A DNA stretch of 64,000 nucleotides from assembly GCF_002105155.1 (NCBI RefSeq), contig NW_019028979.1:372001-436000 (forward strand). Reading direction: 5' to 3'. Shown here piece after piece: positions 24,742 to 36,861 of this stretch (the first letter of the stretch is position 1; each line of letters begins with the position of its first letter). The translations under genes were made by a program, and so were the position numbers. Origin of the DNA: Lobosporangium transversale. Taxonomy: Eukaryota. The notes beneath the pieces are model-generated. The model was given only the letters and a program-made list of their open reading frames with translations. It did not search any database and was not told the origin of the DNA.

Positions 24742-25909
24742 ATGGCGAAGAAAGATAAGAAAGGGACGGAGGGTGCGGTGCAGAATCGAGAGATCTTTCA
24801 GCGAATGAATTTCCTCTATCAAGCTGCGATGTGCATGGCCACTATCACCTGTCCTTCACTAACGAACTTTAGCACTAGCACTCAAATGAATTTGAGTGGA
24901 GGTGGGCAGAGCACAATTAAACAACCCGATACAAGCATCGCTACCACCACTCCTTCCACTACCACCATTTCTAACAGCGAGGACTCTACAATAGCCTCTG
25001 AAGTAGTCGCTCCTGTTGCTATAGACATAGAAATGAGAAACAGCACCAATTCCTCTATCGCAGCTGATATGGAAGATGTACAGCAAGCTGCTGCTGAGGA
25101 GATAACAAAAGTAACCGACAATATTACAACGCGTTCAGACAGCCGTAGGAAACTGAGCAGGCGGCAAAAACGAGAATTATTGCGGTTGCGCAAGACTAAG
25201 ATTGCTATGGAACAAATCAGTCAAGATGAGACACATCAGAGCCTTATTAACAAGAAAGTTACTTTGAACTCTAAGAAGTGCGATTTGTATCCTCTCTCTG
25301 GAACCGCACGCTTCTATGCATCTACTCTGCGCGAAGTGGGCCGCAAGAACGTCATCCGAATGTATAAAACAAAAACAACCCCAATAACTTTCACCACGTT
25401 GCAAAATTTGCTATAACTCGACTCAATATATTGCTTATTAATGTACGTCTACTTGATTTATATTTGACTTCTTTAAAATCGATGCCAGAGGTCCAGTCAT
25501 CAAAAGAAGTATCTGTCAGCGTTGCGAGGCTATATTGATTCCATCAATAAGCTGCGAAGTGCGAATTCAGTGTATGCCGAACATTCTTTTTATATTGCGT
25601 ATTGGCGCTATTTTTGATTTTTGATTTTTGATTTTTTTTTTTTGTTTCTCTTCTTGTAACCGAATGAGATGATTGAAATGACTATTCCTTATTATTGTAT
25701 TACCATCTAATATAGCAATGCCTCAGCTGCATACTCAAGTAATCTGCACAGCCTGTGGAGCTTTCAGACGGTATTATTGTATGCCAGGAAAAGGAGTCGA
25801 AGGCGACCGTTGGGAATTGGATAGAGCCTCTACTGAGGTAGCAATTAAAAAGGAGGAGACGATAGAAGCAGAAGAAGTAGAAGCAAAAACAATGATGGAT
25901 AGTACGTAA
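24742..25909 (+). CDS. RPR2: RNase P subunit Rpr2/Rpp21
   Basis: Exons ~24742-25361, 25489-25571 and 25716-25909. Motifs: FQRMNFLYQAA, ARFY, IKRSICQRCEAILIP, and ICTACGAFRRY (zinc ribbon). Confidence 0.9.
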
Positions 25910-26395
25910 ATTGTCTATGTGGGTGATATGGTGATATGACAAAAAAAAAAGAAAACTCTTCTAATCTAACACATTGACTGTATCATATTGTGTAAAATAA
26001 AAAAGAAAAAGAAAAAACGAGAAAATCAGGTGTGCTTTGCACTTTAGAAAAAGTGTGATTGCGTGTGCGTGTTGTCTAGAATAGACGAACACGACAAAGA
26101 TTCACCTGCATTTGAGCAACGGCGTTACACGCACTTGTCAAACAAAGCTTGCAATCTTCTTGGGGGAAAGTATATAAAATGTGTGTAATCAATTGCTTGA
26201 GGAAACATGCCCTTTTGCGCCCCGAACAAACAAGAATCGAGGATGGAATAAATCGCAGAAAAGCTTAATTTTGGCGGTAATTATAAAAACTTACACATCC
26301 ACATTACGCACTGTACCATATGCCTATATGCTTTGTCAAGATCATTTGCATCGATTGCATGAAGACAAATAGGTTAAACAATATAAAAATGTTTT

Positions 26396-26427
<32 letters not shown>

Positions 26428-26675
26428 CTTCACTTAATAAATCCATTCTCTCTCACTCTCTCACATAGCTCGTCTTTTTTTTTTTTTTTTTTTTTTTTTT
26501 TGTCTTCTTTTTATAACCACCCACAAGTGCATGGTTCATTCCTTTTCTTTTACCTTTCCTCTCATTCCCTCTTCTTTTACACATTTGATTTCATTCATTA
26601 CAAATTCATTGATCAAACTAAACGACAAAGAAAATTCTTTTACCCCTTTGTGCCCTTGTTTAATATTTTATAAAC

Positions 26676-29600
26676 ATGTCCCTGCTCAACTCCCCTACTG
26701 TGCCTTCAACGGACGGATCAATCCACACCAACACTGCGTCTTATAAACATCCTGTCGGGGATGACCTACTATCCCCCACAGAACCTCATCAACACGGCAC
26801 AGCGAACAGCCATCATAGTCATCCCTTGACAGAAATACCATTAAAGCAAAAGCTAAGGGTTGCAGTCGTTGGCTCTGGTCTTGCAGGTTTGACTGTAGCC
26901 CATATTCTCTCATCACTTCACTCCGACAACGGTCAAGGTGGAGTCGGAATCGAGGTGGAATTATTTGAGAAGGCACACAAATTAGGTAAAATGTTATCAT
27001 CAAGACTATTGTAGTACATGCTTGATTGCCTGATTTATTAGTGCTTTGTTCAAATGTGTACATACGTCATTTGCCAGAGGTAACAGGATCACTAAGGAGT
27101 GATTGCACGTTGAAGAGCCACTCCAAAATAGCACAGGCAATTACTAATACAAAAAAAGGAGGGGGGACAGATCTTTTCTTGAGGAAATTCAATGCTGACC
27201 AGAAATACCCACGTTTACTTGTATTAGGAATGGATGCTGCCTCCTTGTCAGTAACATGCCCTTGTCAAAAATGTGCATTGGCTGCAGGCCGAGATGATGG
27301 AGATCCAAACCATGAACATGTCGAAGGACGTATGGACGTGCCTATGCGTAGTTTCTTCCCAGGTAAAGCTATCAAAGACAGTCGGTGATGGAGCAGTATC
27401 TTGTTTAATCATGTTCTAGCTGTTCTCAATTGGTGGTACCATGAGAAATCAGATGGGAGGAGGGAGATTGAGATGCTTTCAACAGTAGTTAATGATGGAC
27501 GTAGAATTAGGATGGTAGGATAAACCTCAATTATCCGAGGTAGGAGAAGTGAGCAATTACGCGTCTCCATTTGCAGTGATAGATGAGTCCTTCCGATCAC
27601 ATCTGTTACGCTGATATTTTTGGGATAGCTCTATTTTACTAGAAGGGTCGATCATAAGAAAGAGAAAAGCAGGGGTTGACAAGCGCAGACTTGAAGTGCG
27701 ACTCCTTGCAGCGTCCACACATTGGAGATCTTTCTTTCCCTTTTTTTTTCTCCGGACAATTCTATCCCATTTTTCACCAAGGGCGAGACCAGGCACGTGA
27801 AATGAGGCGGAGCAAGCACCGCTATGCCTCATTTCGGGCCGTAGTGATTGCCGTAGTGACAACTACGGCAAATGCTGGCCTGTGATCTGAACTAAATCAC
27901 CGATCACTTTTGCGAAACTTTTTTTTTTTTTTGAAATTTAAACTAAACGCTTGATCGCACAACAGTAACTAAAAAAAAGTTGGCAAAATCGAACATTGTC
28001 TGTGCAACCACACCATCCTGACTTCATTTTCTGTTTATCTCTATTGCTCTCTCATCCTTAAACTGCTATCATTATTATATTATTTAGAATACTACCCTAA
28101 TTTGGTTCGCCTATACCGCTCGATCGATATCAAGTTCCATGACGCAGATAATACACTCGCCTGCTTCGATGTCACCTTCGATTCCAAGCCTGTCCCATTA
28201 GCATCGGATCCTGTCTCTCGTCTTAATCATGATGTCAATATCGGGGCACCGTATCTCTCTTCACGATCCTACAAAGTTAGTAAAGACCATACTATCACTC
28301 TTCCAGATCTCCCGCCACTCTCAGTCTTCAACCCATACCCCTTTGGTCGCCGCTTACTAGGTTATTACCGCATTGCTCGTGACTATGTCAGGATGTTGAT
28401 GGTCTCCAAAGAATTCATGACAGAAGGTCGCATGATGGAGATTGGTAAGGACCGATCCGAATGGGGTAATGGTCGCCAGGCTAGTCTACGTGAATTCTTG
28501 GTCAATGGTAGATACAGCCATGACTTTGCAGCCTTCTTTGTCCCTCTCTTCGCCTGTGTCTGCACTTGCAGCTTTGAGCGCATGATGGAGTACCCTGCTT
28601 GCGTCGTACTAGAATATGTTGCAAGATGTATGCCCTTTGGTCGCATGCAGTTCGTTTCCTCAGGCGTCCGAGAAGTTACCGAGAACTTGTCCAAGAACAT
28701 TAGCAAAATTCATTACAATACCATGATTGAAAAGATCATTGAAGCAGACGTCGTTGCCGATGGCGACAAGAAAGCACCCATTATTCTTGTTGACTCCAAT
28801 GGTGTCCGTAGGGGATTTGACCATGTCATTTTCGCCACCCAAGCCAATCAAGCAGCCACAACCCTTGCGGGCCAAAAGGCCAGCAAACCTCTGCCTAGAC
28901 CCTATGTGACTTCACGTGAGGAGGGTGAAGACGAATCCAACTTTGGCCGTATGGAGGAGCATGATCGGACCGACCCCGAGACACCCAGGGATATTTCACC
29001 CGAGTCTATCCTTAAGAATCACCCATTCTATAATCAAATCAAAATCCTTTCTAAATTCCCATATGAGCGTACACAGGTTGTCTGTCACACAGATACTTCG
29101 TTCCTGCCCAAGGATCCTTCTGCATGGCGCCTTTTGAATATTGCTAAAGCTACAGATGCAGACATCCTGGCCTCACCGTTTGACAGGGTCACTGCGGAAC
29201 TGAAGCAACAAGAGCAAGAACAAGAAAAAGAACAACAGCAATCAATTGGTTTTTCGATCCGTCCGTTTTTCTTTCCAAAGTCAAATGAATTGAACCAGAG
29301 AATAAACAAAGCTATGGGTCATGACTCGGGCATCTCTAGTCCCGAGCCTCATAGTGGATCTTCTACACCGACTTCCACTGCTTCTCAAAGCCACAACTCA
29401 GCAATGGCGACCCATATCATGAACAACACTGCCCAATCTCTAGGCACAACGACCAAGTTCTTACAGACAACAAACCCAATTTTCCAGCCCAGGCCCGATA
29501 CTGTCATTTCTTCCGCCTGGTTCGAACGTGCCGTTGTAAACCCCGAGTCTATGAAGGCAGTCGATGAGTTGTATCAACAGATGGAGAAACAAACCGACCG

Positions 29601-30240
29601 TCTCTTGGCAGCCAATTCCGCTTCATTATCTGCACCATTCTCACCACCTTCGTCTCCATCGTCACCGTCATCGTCATCGTCTATCTCGGACCGCGTATGG
29701 TTTGTTGGGAGCTATGCCTACCCCGGCATCCCACTCTTGGAAGGCTGTGTCGTCAGCGCTGTGCAGGTCATGGAACGTATTATTGAGGCAGAGCCCTCTC
29801 ACCGTTTGGCGCCTTCGGTCACAGCACCCAAGGAGTCATTCTTAAAGAGAGATGCACCTATGCGTGAGCGTCGTCTTCGTCGCAAGAAAGAAGCGACGGT
29901 AAAGGAGAACAAGTCTATGGAGGATGATAAAGAAGATATTGACAACTCTATCAGTGCAACTTACTTTAGAACAGCATGGAAGGACACTCTGGAAGATGAG
30001 CGTATCTGGGAAGAACAAGAAAAGGCACGTCAAGTGCAGGAAGAAGAAGCAGCAGAAGAAGAAACAAGGATTCAATCCAAGAAAGGACATTTCTTGAGTG
30101 CTGTTGGATCATGGACTAACAATGTCTATGTTGAAGTTGCATTCATGTTGTTGCTCTATATTGCTGCCATTGTTCAGTGGTTGATGGTCTTTATGATTGA
30201 GAGTGCAGGATTTGATGGTAGTCGATGGGCCCTTGCTTAG
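26676..30240 (+). CDS. FAD/NAD(P)-binding oxidoreductase (amine-oxidase-like, COG2907-type) with C-terminal hydrophobic segment
   Basis: Exons 26676-26985, 27228-27362 and 28088-30240. Motifs: VAVVGSGLAGL..A, LFEK..KLGMD, RMDVPMRSF..YYPNL, FDHVIFATQA, VCHTD, WFVGSYAYPGIPLLEGCV.SA. Confidence 0.85.
27622..27900 (+). other. Extensively base-paired intronic element (candidate structured RNA)
   Basis: A nested rod at 27622-27768 plus two hairpins with perfect 10-bp stems (27799-27835 and 27848-27871), all inside the 725-nt intron 27363-28087. Confidence 0.55.
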
Positions 30241-30407
30241 AAACCATGATAATAGTTATAGTTATAATAATAATATATAGTATATAAAGTACACTTATAG
30301 AACATTAAATTAAAAGAAAAAGTGCGCTGTTTCCCTTTTATTCTATAATGCGAAGTATTAGGTCTACCAAAATAGAGTATAATATATATTTTAGATGGAA
30401 GCTTGAT

Positions 30408-31063
30408 TCAAACAATTTTAATGTTGATCAATTCTGGTTCATCGCTAGGATTTTCATTATTAACGGCGCTAGAATTCTCATTTGGCTTGTCCACTCCAGC
30501 CGAATTCGATGATTTATCTGCCATGACCACATCTTCCTCGTCCTCTTTCGGTTCCTTTTCCTTCTCCTCTTCCTCCTTCGTCCTGTCTGCTGGTTCTTGA
30601 ATGCCTTCTTCACTAGCCATTTCTACTTCCTTAATGCTGGTAGAAGTCTCAGATGCCACATTGTCGTCTTCAGCCTTTGCTGTCACAGGCTCATCAGGGC
30701 TATCTGGCTTATCCTTTACATCTACGACCATGTCTGCAACAACATCATCAAGGTCCAAATCCATTCCTGGTGCTGTCACATCGTTTTGCTCCTTCACCTT
30801 TGAATTTGTGGTATCCAAAGAGGTTGCCTGCGCTGAAGCCGAGAATGAGCCGCGTTTGTCCTTCTTGATTTGAGCCTCAAATTTCCTCCGTGTCACATCA
30901 TTCATGACCTTGGGCATATATCGCAAGCGAGGTCTTGTCTCTGACAAAATATACCCATTCTCCCACCTAGCCTCTCCTCTCCGCTAGTAAAATAATAAAT
31001 GAATAAAGAGATGATGTCAGTTATCATAGCTTTTGTCTTTTCTTTGATTATGATACATTCGCC

Positions 31064-31098
<35 letters not shown>

Positions 31099-31939
31099 TT
31101 GTTACCGCCTACTCCTCGTAAGCTCGCTCCTTGCCGCTGCTTCAACCTCTGCTCTCGCAGTTTTTCCCGTTCCTGTTGTTCTTTCTTACGAAGCTCCTCA
31201 TTCAACTCCTGCTCTTTTCTAAGCTTTTCTCGGACACGTTCCTGGAGAGCCTCTCTTGAGGCTATTCCGGATGCATTGGGGCCATTGTTTTGGCTGCTTT
31301 GATCCGTCTGTTTCTTGAATTGTGTTAATGTACCCAGGATCATGCCCATCATACGTCGGCCACGATTCGTATCCTCTGCAGGGTTGAGTCCCAGTCGTGG
31401 ACGTTTCGCTCGATTCGTTTCTCCAGAATTTCCTGCTTCTCCTGCTTCTCCTGCTTCTCCTCTTTCCCCTGTTTCTCCTGGCGATATCGTTGCTGTTGCT
31501 GTTGCTGTTGTTGGTGAAAAAGTGGATGAGGTGGGTGATTCTGATATCTTTGAATCAATTGTTCCTTCATTGAGCCCTACAGTCCCTGATAGTCCCTCAA
31601 TATTACTCGATTCATTTTCATTAGTTGATTCTGCTGTAGTGGTTAATGTAGATGAGGATGATAGGTCATTTGAAAGAGGACCGAGCCGTGTAGAAATATT
31701 GCTGCTTGAGCGACGGCGGGCAGGTTCAGGTGCATCTGGAAAGGATCGTTTCCTGCCTGGTACGCGTACGTGCGTCTCTGGACGCACGATCGTTGACGAC
31801 ACGATTCTATAGTGCGATAGTTAAAAAAGAATAAAAGAAAAAAAAAAATAAATAAATAAATAAATAAAGGCCTGTGAGTATAAGTTTCCGTTCATGCAGA
31901 CCAAAATATTGGAATATTTTTTTACCTGTTACTGGCCAT
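30408..31939 (-). CDS. Pinin/SDK/memA-domain protein
   Basis: Exons ~31939-31926 (MASN), 31807-31098 and 30984-30408. Motifs: NRGRRMMGMILGTLTQFK and YILSETRPRLRYMPK, with a coiled coil and an acidic tail. Confidence 0.8.
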
Positions 31940-32215
31940 CGATTTATGATTGCAGAAATTGTATAATAAAAAATAAAAATGTAAGGATAGGTTTGCGCGT
32001 AGTTGAGAATGAGGTTGAATGCTGATTCGAATGAATAAAAAAAAAAAAAATTAGTTGAGAAAAGCAAAAAAGATCAAGCTTCTACTAACTTTTGAAAGCC
32101 GCTTAAGGGTGACATCGTTCATTCAATGATTCATGATTCTCATCCTTAGAGATTAAGAACCTTTGTCACATATCTATTATACTAATAAAAGTAAATCCGA
32201 ATTCTAATATTATTT

Positions 32216-35200
32216 CTATTTGGACATTTTCTCAAGCACTTTATCCAATGGGCTCCATTGACTCGAGATCAGCCTGGTATTATGGCCTCCTCCTATTCCT
32301 CCTGCTCCTAAAATCCCTGCACCCCCTCGATCCGTCAAGTTCCAGTCAAAGCGTACAGCAAACACGGCTGTCACAGGTCGATGATCCGAGAACAAGCCCA
32401 CGTCATGATGTGCTGTATATTGCTTCACAATCACCGCTGCTCGGTCTTCATCCTCCTTAGACATCATAGCCGCCCCTGTTGCCGCTGCTGCTTCCACTAT
32501 TGGTTCGTATTCCCGTTCCTGTCCCCGTCCTCGTCGTGCTCGGGACCCTGCCACATGATGAAGTTCAGTCTTTAGACTCTCTAGAAAACCAACTTTCCCA
32601 TCTACTGTCGTTGCTGTTTTTGTTGTCGCTCCATGATCTTTACTCTTCTTCCGGACGACTGATTTCAAGATCGATCCAGGATCTGAGGTTAGGCTCGAAC
32701 CTGAGACAGATTCGTAAGTGTGTTCATTTCCTTCGTCCTCTCTATCGGACACAATCTTGGAACGATTCCTTTTCAGCATATCCCAACCTCTCTTACCCCC
32801 AGCGCCAATTCCACCGCTCCGAGTATTATCTCCGATCTCCAATGGCAGATAATAGTTACCACCAGTTGATTTCCAAAGGATCCGGTCTGTCCATGATGGA
32901 ACCCTTTGTTTACTGCTGGTATCATATTGTTGTCCCTTCTGCACCGGGACTGGAGTTGGTTCACTTTTAACAGGTATATCTCGATTGGCTGCATTTGGGG
33001 TTATAAACAACTCTTTATGGAGGACTGGATCGCCAATTTTAGGAGCTTGATCGTCAAGCATAGGATGGCCCAAAATGTCATCAGGCTGTGTTTTTTGCAG
33101 CTGTGATTGGTTTGGTAGCTGTTGGTATTGGTATTGGTGTTGAGAGAGTTTCGAGTCAAACAAAACAGGTTGATGCCGTTGGATCGGTTGAATGTCCCTC
33201 GAGACTGCTAACTCTCTCTTTTCCTTATCATTGCTACCATCACTGGCATGGGTGACGTCCGCTGGCTTGGATATTAAACTGGGGTCCAGTGATGGTGGAG
33301 CTCCCCAGGATGATAATCCAACATTCCCTATATTGCCGTGGAGCGGTAATGTAGGACACGATTTGTTGACATCCAATCCATAAAATGTTGCTGGTCCAAT
33401 AGCAGAGATAGTTGGCGATGGATCGCAGTTTTGACGGACCGAAATCGACAAGTTCATCATAGATTTAGGCCGTCCCATCAATGTTCTGCTCCTGATCCTC
33501 CGCAAACGACTACCGTTATCGGACTTTTCGGAGGATGAAGATGATATTTGTGAAAGCGGATCAAATTTATAGGTTGGTTTGAATGTAATAGGTGCTTCCA
33601 TGAACCCCTCAAACACCGCTCCAGCTTCCCTTTGAAGCGTCAACTGGTCATGCGCAAGTAATGTCTAAAATATTATCAAAATGATACGCCATTAACTATT
33701 TGGTTCAGTCAAAATAATAAAAAAAAATAAAAAAATAAAAAAAGAAGATTCGAGTTCATACTAATCTTACCTTTAAATCCCCCTTTTGAAGGCATTCATC
33801 TGCTTCTGCGCGAGTCATATCAACACGATAGTTCAAATCACCTGCCCAGAATGTATAATCAAACTGGTTTGTTATATCCACGTTGGCTGATGAATTTTGA
33901 GTAACATTACTATCACCACTTTCTCTCCCGTCCTTTCTTGGCATCCTTGGATCTTTATCTTTATCTTTATCGCCTTCATTTTTGTTGTTGGAGCTCTTTT
34001 TGGACTCACTGCCATCACTATGAGTACTTGATTGATTGGTTGACTTCTTTTCACCATTGCTACCGCCGCCAGCATTGTCATTTCTTTTGATATTACTATT
34101 ACTGTTATTATTCTTGTTGTTGCTGTTGTTGCCGTAGTAAGCTGGTTTCTGTAGAGACGGTCCAGTGGCAACAGGTGGAGAATTGTAATGTCGTCGGAGG
34201 CGCATATCTCCCCCGAAATACCATCCTCCAGGCGAGCTTTTGGGGGCATCGTTTAGCTGCAGTTCTTGAATTATACGTTTGTAGTCATTGTTTCGTGCTT
34301 GAGTATTATTTTGATGTGCTAACGTTTTTTTTTTTTTTTTTTTTTGTTTCGTTGGTAATGTGATGAAATAACCACAAGTTAATATTAATCGTGAATCAAA
34401 AAATAACCTTCACCTTGATATCGAAAAAGCCATCTGTATACGTGTGCGAAAAAAGGAGACTTGAGTATTACCTGTGAGATGTGCGTTGACAAATAGGAAA
34501 GACATGCTCCCAAGGTAAACTGAAATAGCAACCGCCCCCTTATTCCCCACAATACCTCCAATTCCAGTCGCTACTGTTGAAGAATCAACCGCTATGTGGT
34601 GGTTAAAAAAAAAAAATAATAATAAATAAATATCGCGTATTAAAGACTAATATATATAAGTGACACTTTTTATAAACATGTCTAAGGAACTCACCTGTAA
34701 CAAGATCTTCGATCGGCTTCCAGATAAATACCGCCAGATGTAATGCCGCCATTGTCTCGGTCTTGATCATCACATAGTCTGGTCCTAAGCTTTTTTGAAG
34801 ATACTTTTCCCAAACTGACTTTGAAGGGAATAAAACAGCCTCTCGGATCTCGCGCTCACATTCCTGCGTGTTGATCGCAATAATATGGTAAGGAGCTTTC
34901 GCATTCATTTCCAAGAACGGATCTTTCAATATTGTCGGCACTTGAGGGAGGGGGTTCAGGGATGGTGTCCTTTGCTGTGAAAAGCCTTGCTTAAGGTAAT
35001 GATGGTACTGCTGTTGTTGCTGTTGTTGGTGATACTGAAAATGACTTGGGAGATTGCTGACCGAAGGAGAAGGCTTGAGATTAACGCGAGGAGTACCATT
35101 ATTACTACCGCTGCTGCTTTTATGATTGTTCTTATATTTGAAGCGGTTGAATAGACCACGCTGCTTGAATTCTTGCCTTGGAGCTTCCGTACTGTTGGTA

Positions 35201-36501
35201 TCAGACATCATTGAAGATTGTGACAATAAGAGATTGGGTGTAGACATAGATGATGGAATTCCTCGTGCAAAATGCTGTGGTTTTTGTTGTTGTTTTTGTT
35301 GCTTCTGCTTCCTTTCGACTGTCTCCTGGAACTGTGTCGTACCTGTGGAGGAAGGATTACTATCCGGTTCTGACAACGTTGATAATGGCGATAGTAATGG
35401 GGATGAAGGAAAATTCCCTGGCTTATGTTGTTCATCAGGACAATTTTGTTGCTGTTGATTTTGTACTACTGGATCCTGCACTTCCAAGAACCCAGTCAAG
35501 CCTTCGCTGATATGTGGTATTTGACCCATCATATTCCATGTGCCCACAAATACTTTAAGACGCGTCCTAGAGATCATCGGCCTAGGTGGTGGGGGAGGAG
35601 AAGCAGGGTGAGATGGTTGTTTCCTTTGTTTCCTCCGCTTACTGGTTTCCTGTTGTGACGAAGTTTTAGTATCATAGCTATGATTGTCATCGATGACCGT
35701 CTCTTCTTCATTCTTATTCCTTTTACGGTTGTTGTTGTTATGGATCATCCATTCAAGAGCATGCACAATAGAACGTATGCTTATTTTTGGACGAGTGGGC
35801 TGTGAATCGGGTGTAGGTGTTGATGCGATCTGGTCAGCTGTTAGTGCAGGGTTGTCTCGCAATATTTGCTGTGGTTGTTGTGTATTCAATATACTGCCGA
35901 TCACATCCTCATCTAACGCCACGGCAGTAGGAATAGGAAGAGTTGAAGCTACTGAAGTAGACGTAGGCACAGGCGCTGATGTCGGTATAAAATCTTCATT
36001 AGAGAACTTCATTAGGAGTGATGGGTCACTGTCTACAAACGTGCGCTGAGACTGTAATCCTTCCGATGATGGGTCCGCCAGCACGTCTTTAATTGACAAC
36101 ATTTTCTGTTGGGGGAAAAATGAGGTGTTTTTTAAGAAACCATATCAAAGTTTTTAGTATGGCAGTAAAAAAGCCGACATCATTTATGCTTGGTCATCGT
36201 CAATGCAGTCGGTAGTTGATTGTCATTAAGAAAAAAAAATACATACTTTGGTTGGGTGTGTATAGTGTTGTTCATGCGTGTCCTGTGAAAGCCCATGCTT
36301 TAGAGCTGTGGACTGCTGCAAGAGATGATCGATCGGACTCGGGTTTCTGATGGTCTGTGCCCGTTCTTTCTGTTCTGTTGATTGATTGGCTCCTATGTCG
36401 GTTGCTGGCAATTCCGCATCTTCGGTCGGCTCCTGCACGACAGCCACAGAAGCCCCTTCACCGTTAAACCATTTGACGAGCGGAGATACCCAGGCGTCCA
36501 T
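32216..36501 (-). CDS. Inositol polyphosphate 5-phosphatase (IPPc/EEP family)
   Basis: Exons ~36501-36246, 36106-34695, 34591-34472, 34318-33771 and 33665-32216. Motifs: FVGTWNM, TQEC, GNKGAV, FVNAHLTAH, FWAGDLNYR, ITFKPTYKF, RVPSWTDRILW, SDHRPV. Confidence 0.93.
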
Positions 36502-36771
36502 TCAGTCCTTGTAGATAATAGCAATAAAAAAATGGCGGGAAGTACAGGAAGTAAAAGAAAAAAAAGGGTCGGGGAGGAAAAGGGAAACGAGAGAATTGAG
36601 AAATGAAGAGGAAAAGAGTAGAGTTGTTGAAGGGATATACATGCGACTCAGCAGTTGCATGTACAATTGCCATTGTCAGCTGTGAATCCAATGACACGGC
36701 TCACTTCCATTCGGCATGACCATGATCCGTCCACGTTGTCTTCCCTTTGTTGTACTGTATATTTTTCTACT

Positions 36772-36808
<37 letters not shown>

Positions 36809-36861
36809 GAATATTATTTAATCGTTTTGTAAGACCCCTATTTTCTGCTCTTTCTGTATGT

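Noticed and set aside
27787..27818. GACCAGG...GAAA...GGAGCA resembling SRP RNA helix 8
   Set aside because: The spacing is wrong for CAGG-NNN-GNRA-NNN-AGCA, the bases are better explained by a different perfect stem, and I see no Alu domain.
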